DNA of 64,000 nucleotides from Octopus sinensis (Eukaryota): positions 9,540 through 73,539 of the forward strand of contig NW_021833461.1 in the NCBI RefSeq assembly GCF_006345805.1. The letters are read 5' to 3'. Position numbers and translations under genes: made by a program. The notes below the pieces were generated by a model. The model was not told the origin of the DNA. It searched no databases and saw only the letters and a list, made by a program, of their open reading frames with translations. This document shows, piece by piece, positions 48,656 to 60,906 of the stretch (within the stretch, counting starts at the first letter, position 1; each line of letters begins with the position of its first letter).

Positions 48656-49018
48656 GTTGTGCCTCACCAGGATGGTTTCAAACGTGTATGTTTCCTGACA
48701 TGAAATAAATCAATCAACCGCATGCCATTTGTCCAAACGGCCTTGTAGCGACAAAAGAAACTCGCTATTGTGATTCTCCTGAGAGGCGGTCAGCGGACAG
48801 GAAGCGGCCCACTGGCCCAGACGCCCGTCTGCAGCAAAATAATACTGTTTAACACGAGTATTGTTTAGAACTTGTCAGACTGGATTGAAGTCGTTGTTGC
48901 TGTGTATTTAGTCGGAGCCCAGCCTTGAGCACGAAGGCGTATGTGGGAAGGCGTTCTAAGAATGACCATCCCGTTTTCTGTTCAGCGGTGAGCTGGCACA
49001 ATCGTTATATATATCGTT

Positions 49019-49049
<31 letters not shown>

Positions 49050-49057
<8 letters not shown>

Positions 49058-50843
49058 CACACACACATACCCACATACTCCTATACGCACATACATACAC
49101 ACAGACATACACACATACACACTCACACAAACATACACACACACATACTTACACACACACTCACCTGCACGCGCACACACATGCATGACAAACACCCATA
49201 CACTCACACTCACATACGCACACACCAACATGAACACGCACACGCACACACACACCTACACTCCCACACACATACACACGCACCTACATACACACACGCA
49301 CGCATACACACGCATACACACATACATTACACACGTACACACACACCTACATACACATGCATACACACACACACACAAACATGCACGGACACACCCAGAC
49401 ATACACACATACACCTATATACACACGCCCACACACCTACATACACACACATATACACACGCCCACACACCTACATACACACACATACATACACACACAT
49501 ACACGGACACACCCATACATACTTACATACATACACCTATACACACACGCCCACACACCTACATACACACACATGCACACACACACACACATACGCACAT
49601 GCATGCATGCATGCATGCACACGCGCACACCTACACGCATACACACACACACACGCACGTACACATACATACATACACACACGCATACATACACCCATAC
49701 ACATACATGCATCCTACACACACATACATACACACTCACACATACATACACACACAACACCACTCACCACACACTGTATGTACGCGCACACACATGCACA
49801 TACACACACTTCCCCACACCCACCACGTACATACATACACACTCACACACATACACACAACACACGGACATACATCTATGCACACACATACATACACAAA
49901 TACTCACATACATTCATCGGACACACTGCCACCGGACCGGATACACACAGACACACTCACACATCCACACACATACATACTTACGCACATACTCGCAGGC
50001 TCGCGCACGCACGCGCTTGCGCCGGTTCGCGTACGCATACGCTCCGCAGGCACCTCGCTCTTGGAACCGACAAGACCTCCCGCCCGTTCCTGGGACCGTC
50101 GCGTGTCGTTGGGTTTTCCCACGCCCGCCTCCGCGGGACCACTCTTCCATCTTCCCCTCAGCTGGAGTCCTTTTTCCTTAACCCCCCCCTTTTTCGTTAC
50201 ACACACGCGCACACATATACACACATTGCTTAAATATATACATTACTCTTACACACATTCAATCTACTCGCCATTTATACCACCACGACACTGGACACCA
50301 CACACACTACTACTCAACAAACGCTGGCACGCTACATACGCCCCCACCCCTTCCCCTCCCTCCCTTCCTCCTTCCTTCTTTCTTACTACTGACTTTGTCT
50401 GCTAAGCTGACCACTATCTCGCCCTACCTCACACGCCTACACACAGACGCACACACTAACACACACATATATATTTTTTGTTTTTTCATCTCGCCTCCAC
50501 ACACACATACACACACGCACACGCACACACTCACACATACACACACATCTGTTGCGTTACCAACCTTGTCTCCACTCTTTTGCCTTTAAAAACCCACTTT
50601 GCTCTGTTTTCGTAAACATCCGCCTTTCACCATGTGCAACTCGTAAACACCAGTCGTCTTTTTTCTCTTTCCCTGTTGCCCGCTCTGGGATCTTTCTTTC
50701 CTCTCTCTTCCTCTTTATGTTTCCGACGAAGAGCTCCGCTCGAAACGTCATACCTCCCTGCTTCCTTTTCCTGAGCGCCTATTAATAATAATACTGTAAT
50801 TGTTCCATTGTTGTTGTCTTTTTGTTTCCCGTTTGGATTAAAA

Positions 50844-50846
<3 letters not shown>
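49050..50846 (+). mobile_element. 3' part/pLTR of Neptune-type PLE (CA-rich field plus HHR terminus)
   Basis: Aligns in order with the reverse complement of 18130-17990, 17130-17005, 16530-16440 and 16340-16058. Confidence 0.8.
50719..50753 (+). ncRNA. Minimal type I hammerhead (Neptune pLTR)
   Basis: GTTT-CCGACGA-A-GAGC tcc GCTC-GAAA-CG-TC-ATAC. Confidence 0.65.
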
Positions 50847-50925
<79 letters not shown>

Positions 50926-50966
50926 ATATATATATATATATTATATATATATAATATATATATATA

Positions 50967-51007
<41 letters not shown>

Positions 51008-51026
51008 ATATAATATATTATTATAT

Positions 51027-51074
<48 letters not shown>

Positions 51075-51100
51075 ATATATATATATATATATATAGCGCC

Positions 51101-51132
<32 letters not shown>

Positions 51133-51242
51133 TATGTGTGTGTGGTAAAAAAAAGGGAGGATGAGAATATCGGTTATTCACCACGTGGTGAGTTGTAATG
51201 CCGAAAAAATACATATATAAAACAAAAGAAGGAAAATGCACA

Positions 51243-51294
<52 letters not shown>

Positions 51295-51440
51295 ATATTT
51301 CGGAATGGTCATTGCCAGTTTAGCCAATAAAAACACACGCACTATATATTTGGTGTTATTTTGCTTCAGTGATATTTATTTTTTACATTAATCTTAATCT
51401 TATTTCGGCCAAAGTTCTTTCGTCACACTCCTGTGACCGC

Positions 51441-53239
51441 AATTACAGAATCTCCTACTTCCTCTCAATGATCATACGCCCTATAATCAGGATGTCACCT
51501 GATGTGTGTGACAGCACAGAAGATCTCCTAAGCAGGATCAGTGACTGTAACAAAACTTGTGACTTGACAGGATGTATAGTAGGTAGCATGGATGTGGTAT
51601 CCCTATACCCATCGATTGACGTAGATTTTGCAGTGGAGAAGTGCGTGGAGATGATCAACGAGAGCCAGGTGGAGTTCTGTAATGTCGACACAGAAGAACT
51701 GGGCCTCCTACTTAGACTGACATATAATAGTGAATACTTAGATAAACATAATCTTAGTAGTTTCTGCCCCAGTAGATGTTAAGAGGTAGACGCCTACAAT
51801 TACTTCTATGGCTAGGAAGACACATATAGAAAGATGGCGCGGATGGACCAGAGCCATACGGAGCCCCGCAAATGTCCATCAGGTAAAGAAAATGATCGCA
51901 CATGCACTAGGAGCTAGTATAAGAGTTACCCTAAAAGGCCACACATTTAAATTAATAATAAAATATATGCCCAGGACGAGGGGGCAGCCATCGGTGTTAG
52001 TATCGCTGGTGATGTGGCCAACCTCTTCATGGTATGGTGGGACAGAAGGCTTAAAGAATGCCTACTGCAGAAATCCATACTCGTAACATGTACTCTCGCT
52101 ATGTTGATGATATCAATATAGTAGTAAAGGCACCCCCACAAGAGAGTACTGTTGATATAGTAATAGAAACTAATACTATGGAGAGCATCCAGCAAATAGC
52201 TAACTCCATCCACCAGAGTATTAAGGTCACAATAGACTACCCCACTAACACCCCAACCATAGACTACCAGTACTAGACACTGAACTCTGGCTAGAAATTG
52301 TGAAAAAAATAAAACCCAAATCCTTCATTCATACTATGCAAAACCTATGGCCTCAAAATACCTGATCCACCGGAACTCAGCCATTGCGGACAATGCCAAA
52401 TTCAATATTTTGATGGCAGACCTCGTCAGAATAATGAGAAATGTGTCACGCATGTGCGAGCCTACAGAATTAAAGAGACACATACAGTATTTCATTCACC
52501 GCATGCAGTTCTCAGGTTACAGCCATAAAGAAAGGATCAGAGTATACAAAGGAGCCATGAAGAAATTTGATAATATATTATGTAATGATAGGAATGGGAT
52601 TTGCCCACTCTATAGGAACAAGTCATGGAACACTATAGAAAGGACAAAAAAGAAAATAGGGAAGGCCAACTCTTGGTATGATAGCCATAAATACCAGAGT
52701 GTCATGTTCGTTGACACCACCCCTGGAGGTGAACTAGCGTACCGCTTTAGAAGGACCCTAGATAAACTTAAACTAAGAATTATGGTTGTTGAAAAGCCAG
52801 GCAACCCTATCAGATCTATAATTGGTAGAAGCTATCCTTTTAGTAGAACTCTCTGTACGGATAACTATTGCACTGTATGTATAGATTTAGCCCACAAACG
52901 AACTGTAAAGCCAGAAATGTGGTCTATAGTATAAGATGTATAGAGGGACGATGCAGTAACAAGACAGTAACATACGTAGGGGAAACTGCAAGAAGCATTG
53001 GTGAGCGGGTGAATGAACATTGGAGACAACTCAAGGAAGGTAAAAGCGCATCGATTCTGTACCAACACGCCGAACAAGAACACGGGGGATCAATCAATAA
53101 CATAGAGATTAAGATATTGTCCACACATAGAACAGATGCAACAATTAGACAAATTACAGAAGCTACACATATAATAGAAAATAAACCTAGCCTGAATAGA
53201 AAACTAGAATGGAGCAATAGCGCACACCACAACATATGA
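51441..53239 (+). pseudogene. Penelope-like RT + GIY-YIG, multiple frameshifts
   Basis: GSMDVVSLYPSI, YSRYVDD, YVGETARSIGERVNEH. Confidence 0.92.
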
Positions 53240-53749
53240 CAATGGTGGATCCTGCAAACATAATAAATACACAGGTAATGAAAGAAATAAAAATGAATAT
53301 CTATATATATGTATATGTGTATATATGTGTATATGTATATGTGTATATATGTGTGTATATATGTATATATATATATGTGTATATGTATGTATATATATAT
53401 GTATATTCTTTTTATTTATTATTTATTTTTTTTTTTCGATTAGATTTATTATTATTATTACTAATATTGTTGTTATACATACATACAAGCATATGTAATG
53501 ATAATAATGGGTGGATGTAAACACATGAACAAAATTAGAACAAAAGCAACAACAACAAAAACAAAATACAAATTACAAGAATGTATATAACCAGAAGATA
53601 CAAAATATTACAGGCATCCCCCCCACACACACACTAAATAAACATAGACGCACATAGAGATATAAGCATGCGCAAATGAAGACATACAATAGAAATACAA
53701 AATGGCTGACGGATAGTAAGGAGAGACAAGTAAGTGAGAAGAAAACAAA

Positions 53750-53793
53750 GGACCACTGATGCGGTCACAGGAGTGTGACGAAAGAACTTTGCC
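53750..53793 (+). ncRNA. Hammerhead variant in the 3' pLTR
   Basis: Same as 27533-27577 with an altered 3' helix I strand. Confidence 0.55.
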
Positions 53794-53968
53794 GAAATAA
53801 GATTAAGATTAATGTAAAAAATAAATATCACTGAAGCAAAAAACACCAAATATATAGTGCGTGTGTTTTTATTGGCTAAACTGGCAATATGACCATTCCG
53901 AAATATAACAATATCTGTTTCAACACACGACTTCACATAAAAAATCTTGCACAACAAATATTTAAACG

Positions 53969-54011
<43 letters not shown>

Positions 54012-54016
<5 letters not shown>

Positions 54017-54259
54017 ATACAATATGTTACATTACTCGGTAGTCAAGATAAAACTCTGAGTTTCAGATGCCGAAGTGGAAATCCACAACACCATCTCTTC
54101 GCATAACCGAAGAGATGGTGTTGTGGATTTCCACTTCGGCATCTGAAACTCAGAGTTTTATCTTGACTACCGAGTAATGTAACATATTGTATAGATAAAT
54201 TTCCTCTATTTACATAATATTGAGGTCTCTTTCTTTCTTTTGTTATCTTACCGTTTTAT

Positions 54260-54262
<3 letters not shown>
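54012..54262. mobile_element. Family J foldback: perfect ~90-bp inverted arms, 6-nt spacer, ~65-bp unpaired tail, in (TA)n
   Basis: 54012-54101 / 54108-54197; no HHR in the retained part. Confidence 0.75.
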
Positions 54263-54335
<73 letters not shown>

Positions 54336-54339
<4 letters not shown>

Positions 54340-55220
54340 CTTGACCGACCAGTCCGTCGAGCGTCCATTTGACACCGCTGGTCACAGTACGCTGTCCACT
54401 CCTCTCTGTATCGCGCCTTTCTCATCCAATTGATCCCAATCGTCCTCCTGAAATCGTAACTCCACCGTCGTGGAGGCCTTCCGGATGGTCGTTTCCGCTC
54501 GCGCGGGTACCACTCAACAAATGCGCGGATCCACCGATTATCGGTGAGCCGGGAGACGTGTCCAGCCCATCTAAATTTCCTGCGTGTATACTCTGCGATG
54601 ACATCCCTCACGCCGGACTTCTTTCTGATGATCTCGCTGTCATCACCCGTACGAGTGCCGGTCAAGAAGAGAGTGAAGCAAGGAGATACGATCTCCCCAA
54701 AACTTATCACCGCATGTCTCGAGCAGATCATCAGAGGTATCGACTGGCAAGGCGGTGTCAACATCAATGGCGAGCTCCTCACCCATCCTCCGTTTCGCTG
54801 ACGAAATCGTACTTATCGCTGAAACCACGGATCAGCATCTGACCATGCTGACGGAGATCGACATCAAAAGCTCTGCAGTACCAACAGGTTGAATGGTGAT
54901 CGGCAGAGATGAAATAGAGGAGGTAAAGGAATATGTCTACCTGGGACAGGAAGTGAATATGTGCCGAGATATCGAAAAGGAGATCTCACGGAGAGTAAGG
55001 GATGGATGGAAGGCGTTTAATGGCATAAGGGATGCGCTCAAGGGAAGGTTGGACAGGACCACCCGCGCCAACCTCATCAACAGTACAGTTCTACCTGCAA
55101 TGTTATATGATAGTGAAACATGGGCTACCAAAAAGCGAGAAGAGCAGAGACTGGTTACGGCCCAAAGAGCCATGGAAAGGTCAATGCTGGTATTTCGTTG
55201 AGAGAGCACATCAGTAGCGA
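54336..55220. mobile_element. RTE-clade LINE with 5' inversion
   Basis: Minus 54336-54638 is the C-terminus (RWAGHVSR..RKRPSGRPPRRW). Plus 54640-55220 is upstream RT (VKQGDTISPKL, YVYLGQ, LPAMLYDSETW). Confidence 0.88.
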
Positions 55221-55453
55221 TATATATATATATATATATATATATAGGGGAGGAAAAAATAATAAGGCAGAATGCTAAATTGAAAGTAAAATTTAATAAA
55301 AATGGGTGTATAAAAAATTAAAAAAGAAAAAATAAATCAAACGGCTTTCATAGCAAGGCAAAGTTTCAAGATTTAGAAGGGGAAAAAATTTTTTTTTTAA
55401 TTGAGGAAGGGAAAAAAAGAAATTTACAATGTTGTTTTCAAAAAATAATATAT

Positions 55454-55494
55454 ACTAGCATTATGACCCGGCGTTGCCGGGTCATAATGCTAGT
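55454..55494 (-). mobile_element. Helitron-like 3' terminus forming a perfect 19-bp hairpin
   Basis: actagcattatgacccggc gtt gccgggtcataatgctagt; resembles 11827-11855. Confidence 0.55.
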
Positions 55495-55967
55495 GCATGT
55501 ATATATGTGTATATATATGTATACATATTACATGTACATCTATATATATACAACCACACATAAAATACAAAGTTATATCTTGATATCGCTAGTGATAACA
55601 ATACTCAAAATATATAACAGACTGCAATTATAGGCCATCTCTTGCAATTTCGATCAATTATATCTTGTCCTCCCTCTTGTTTAGAAGTGTGGCTACAATC
55701 CAGCCTACCTCTACATCTGGGGTAACATTTTAAAATTTTTATCCGGGACGTCCTACGTCCCAGATATAAAGGTAAAAATAAAATACTTCCACCTTGAAAT
55801 GTTCGAGTCGAGTACTCCCTTGCACGCTCCGTTGACTCGAGCCTTGCTTCTATTGTGGCGAATTTACCGCTTCTGGTTAGACACTTGATATCTTTCATAG
55901 TCGCACCCAGACACTTTTCAATGGTGCTTTCCTCCAGGTGTTCAAATTTTTTTTTTTTCTTTACATT

Positions 55968-56108
55968 GTCTCATAAGAATCCTCCTTTCTCTAGAGATCC
56001 TGTTTTTGTTCTTGTGTGTGCTGGCCCTGCACTGGGACATATTTGTCACATATGGCTTGTATTATGGACATGAAGTGTTTGTGTTTCGTGTCTATGTCCG
56101 GTGTGGAC
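55968..56108 (-). mobile_element. Short internal CR1/L2-group LINE fragment
   Basis: Homologous to 14268-14402. Confidence 0.7.
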
Positions 56109-57103
<995 letters not shown>

Positions 57104-57286
57104 TAAAAGGGCTTAGTAAAATAAATTACTTTGCCGCATACTGAACTCATTAGAAATAGCAGCTAAAAAAACTTTTTTAAAACTATTCTAATACTTAAAG
57201 AAAACCTCTCTCATATAGTGTTTGCTCAATTCAACTCACGAAAGTATGGGGGTAGAGACATTAAAAAATCAAATGCAAAGGTTATT

Positions 57287-57339
57287 TGAGAACGTACGTT
57301 TCAAGATTAGTCAAACTCGACATTTCTATCATCAGCTCA
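57287..57339 (-). ncRNA. Type I hammerhead (family F, copy 1)
   Basis: Reverse complement of 59037-59089. Confidence 0.8.
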
Positions 57340-57844
57340 GAACTCCCTGGTTTGGATTTGAAAACACTGAAAGTGGGAGCATACCCTTTCGGCTTCTTAT
57401 CGCTTCTGAAGATCTGCTCGAAACTAACAGTGCCAACAAACTCAAAAATGCAAGCGAAGAATTTCTGCTCTCCCCTTTCCACCAGCGTGGGTTAAAATCA
57501 GCAAACACTATGCTTTTTTCGATAAAATTCGAGGCATTATATAGAGAGAGATGAATTATAATTTCAACAATTGAGGGTAAAATTAATTAATTAATCAATT
57601 TCACCAAGTATTCAGTATGCAAAGGGACCATTTAAGGCGAATTCAAATTATTACATTATATAAAAGGGCTTAGTAAAATAAATTACTTTGCCGCATACTG
57701 AACTCATTAGAAATAGCAGCTAAAAAAACTTTTTTAAAACTATTTCTAATACTTAAAGAAAGCCTCTCTCATATAGTGTTTGCGCAATTCAACTCACGAA
57801 AGTATGGGGGTAGAGACATTAAAAAATCAAATGCAAATGTTATT

Positions 57845-57897
57845 TGAGAACGTACGTTTCAAGATTAGTCAAACTCGACATTTCTATCATCAGCTCA
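57845..57897 (-). ncRNA. Type I hammerhead (family F, copy 2)
   Basis: Reverse complement of 59037-59089. Confidence 0.8.
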
Positions 57898-58402
57898 GAA
57901 CTCCCTGGTTTGGATTTGAAAACACTGAAAGTGGGAGCATACCCTTTCGGCTTCTTATCGCTTCTGAAGATCTGCTCGAAACTAACAGTGCCAACAAACT
58001 CAAAAATGCAAGCGAAGAATTTCTGCTCTCCCCTTTCCACCAGCGTGGGTTAAAATCAGCAAACACTATGCTTTTTTCGGTAAAATCCGAGGCATTATAT
58101 AGAGAGAGATGAGTTATAATTTCAACAATTGAGTGTAAAATTAATTAATTAATCAATTTCACCAAGTATTCAGTATGCAAAGGGACCATTTAAGGCGAAT
58201 TCAAATTATTACATTATATAAAAGGGCTTAGTAAAATAAATTACTTTGCCGCATACTGAACTCATTAGAAATAGCAGCTAAAAAAACTTTTTTAAAACTA
58301 TTTCTAATACTTAAAGAAAACCTCTCTCATATAGTGTTTGCGCAATTCAACTCACGAAAGTATGGGGGTAGAGACATTAAAAAATCAAATGCAAAGGTTA
58401 TT

Positions 58403-58455
58403 TGAGAACGTACGTTTCAAGATTAGTCAAACTCGACATTTCTATCATCAGCTCA
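58403..58455 (-). ncRNA. Type I hammerhead (family F, copy 3)
   Basis: Reverse complement of 59037-59089. Confidence 0.8.
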
Positions 58456-59036
58456 GAACTCCCTGGTTTGGATTTGAAAACACTGAAAGTGGGAGCATAC
58501 CCTTTCGGCTTCTTATCGCTTCTGAAGATCTGCTCGAACCTTTGCATTTGATTTTTTAATGTCTCTACACCCATACTTTCGTGAGTTGAATTGAGCAAAC
58601 ACTATATGAGAGAGGTTTTCTTTAAGTATTAGAAATAGTTTTAAAAAAGTTTTTTTAGCTGCTATTTCTAATGAGTTCAGTATGCGGCAAAGTAATTTAT
58701 TTTACTGAGCCCTTTTATATAATGTAATAATTTGAATTCGCCTTAAATGGTCCCTTTGCATACTGAATACTTGGTGAAATTGATTAATTAATTAATTTTA
58801 CCCTCAATGTTGAAATTATAATTCATCTCTCTCTATATAATGCCTCGGTTTTACCGAAAAAAGCATAGTGTTTGCTGATTTTAACCCACGCTGGTGGAAA
58901 GGGGAGAGCAGAAATTCTTCGCTTGCATTTTTGAGTTTGTTGGCACTGTTAGTTTCGAGCAGATCTTCAGAAGCGATAAGAAGCCGAAAGGGTATGCTCC
59001 CACTTTCAGTGTTTTCAAATCCAAACCAGGGAGTTC

Positions 59037-59089
59037 TGAGCTGATGATAGAAATGTCGAGTTTGACTAATCTTGAAACGTACGTTCTCA
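59037..59089 (+). ncRNA. Type I hammerhead (family F, copy 4)
   Basis: TGAG-CTGATGA-T-AGA aat GTC..GAC taa TCT-T-GAAA-CGTACG-TT-CTCA; palindromic ACGTACGT helix III. Confidence 0.82.
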
Positions 59090-59596
59090 AATAAGCTTTG
59101 CATTTGATTTTTTAATGTCTCTACCCCCATACTTTCGTGAGTTGAATTGAGCAAACACTATATGAGAGAGGTTTTCTTTAAGTATTATAAATAGTTTTAA
59201 AAAAGTTTTTTTAGCTGCTATTTCTAATGAGTTCAGTATGCGGCAAAGTAATTTATTTTACTGAGCCCTTTTATATAATGTAATAATTTGAATTCGCCTT
59301 AAATGGTCCCTTTGCATACTGAATACTTGGTGAAATTGATTAATTAATTAATTTTACCCTCAATTGTTGAAATTATAATTCATCTCTCTCTATATAATGC
59401 CTCGGATTTTACCGAAAAAAGCATAGTGTTTGCTGATTTTAACCCACGCTGGTGGAAAGGGGAGAGCAGAAATTCTTCGCTTGCATTTTTGAGTTTGTTG
59501 GCACTGTTAGTTTCGAGCAGATCTTCAGAAGCGATAAGAAGCCGAAAGGGTATGCTCCCAATTTCAGTGTTTTCAAATCCCAAAACCAGGGAGTTC

Positions 59597-59649
59597 TGAG
59601 CTGATGATAGAAATGTCGAGTTTGACTAATCTGAAAACGTACGTTCTCA
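59597..59649 (+). ncRNA. Type I hammerhead (family F, copy 5)
   Basis: As copy 4, with TCT-GAAAA variant. Confidence 0.75.
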
Positions 59650-60004
59650 AATAAACTTTGCATTTGATTTTTTAATGTCTCTACCCCCATACTTTCGTGA
59701 GTTGAATTGAGCAAAACTATATGAGAGAGGTTTTCTTTAAGTATTAGAAATAGTTTTAAAAAGTTTTTTTAGCTGCTATTTCTAATGAGTTCAGTATGCG
59801 GCAAAGTAATTATTTTACTAAGCCCTTTTATATAATGTAATAATTTGAATTCGCCTTAAATGGTCCCTTTGCATACTGAATACTTGGTGAAATTGATTAA
59901 TTAATTAATTTTACCCTCAATTGTTGAAAATATATATATATATATAAATATATAAATATATATATATATATATGTATACTATATATATATATATATATAT
60001 TAAA

Positions 60005-60035
<31 letters not shown>

Positions 60036-60089
60036 GGTATTATATATATATATATATATAATATATAAATATATATGATATATATATGT

Positions 60090-60120
<31 letters not shown>

Positions 60121-60285
60121 GTATATATATATAAATAAATATATATATATATATATGTATATATATGTATATATATATATATATATATAAATATATATAT
60201 ATATTATATATATATGTTATATATATATGTATAATATATATAAATATATATATATATATATAAATAATATATTATAATATATATA

Positions 60286-60568
60286 GCAACGAATTGCTTA
60301 CCAAATACCGAATTTAGAAATAGCAGTCAAAGTATTTCTTACTAAAAAGGGAGATGTCAGTAAAAAACAGCAATTGCTGTTTTTACTGAGATCTCCCTTT
60401 TTAGTAGAAGAAATAGCTATAACTCTTTGACTGCTATTTCTAAATTCGGTATGTGGTAAGGCAATTCGTTGCTAAACCCTTTATTGCTTATTATTACTTA
60501 AATTTTTCCTTAAATACTTGGTGTAATTGATAATTATTCCAAATTAATTAATTTCACCCTTCATTATT

Positions 60569-60572
<4 letters not shown>
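60286..60572. mobile_element. Family L foldback fragment related to families E/F
   Basis: Imperfect arms centred on cagcaattgctg (~60368-60379), plus a ~100-bp tail ending aattaattaatttcaccc; shares gctatttct..ttcggtatgtggtaa with E. Confidence 0.75.
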
Positions 60573-60605
<33 letters not shown>

Positions 60606-60672
60606 ATATATATATATTATTATATATATAGATTATATATATATATATATATATATAGATATAGATATCGAT

Positions 60673-60703
<31 letters not shown>

Positions 60704-60820
60704 TATATATTATATTAAAATATATATATATATATATATATATAATAATATATAATATATAGATATTTATATAAATATAAATATATATATATAATATATA
60801 TTTATATAAATATATATATA

Positions 60821-60887
<67 letters not shown>

Positions 60888-60906
60888 ATATTTATATAAA
60901 TATATA

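Larger units (their letters stand above)
51290..53970 (+). mobile_element. Penelope-like element copy 2 (same family as 23517-27755): short inverted pLTR, truncated ORF, pLTR
   Basis: 51290-51440 is the reverse complement of ~53761-53911; the ORF is colinear with 25238-27039. Confidence 0.9.

Noticed and set aside
48204-48708. Poly-His/Ser/Met protein exon
   Set aside because: Degenerate trinucleotide tract open in many frames, with no supporting splice or homology evidence.
55335-55352. Possible HHR 3' half (GAAAGCCGTT, minus strand)
   Set aside because: No matching 5' core or helix II found.
57222-59714. Repeated 66-112 aa ORFs in the 558-bp array
   Set aside because: They use non-ATG starts or lie antisense to the HHR, have no recognisable domain and are broken by indels in the last copy. 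The similarity to the family E ORF (FKSK..SELM) just reflects nucleotide homology next to the HHR core.
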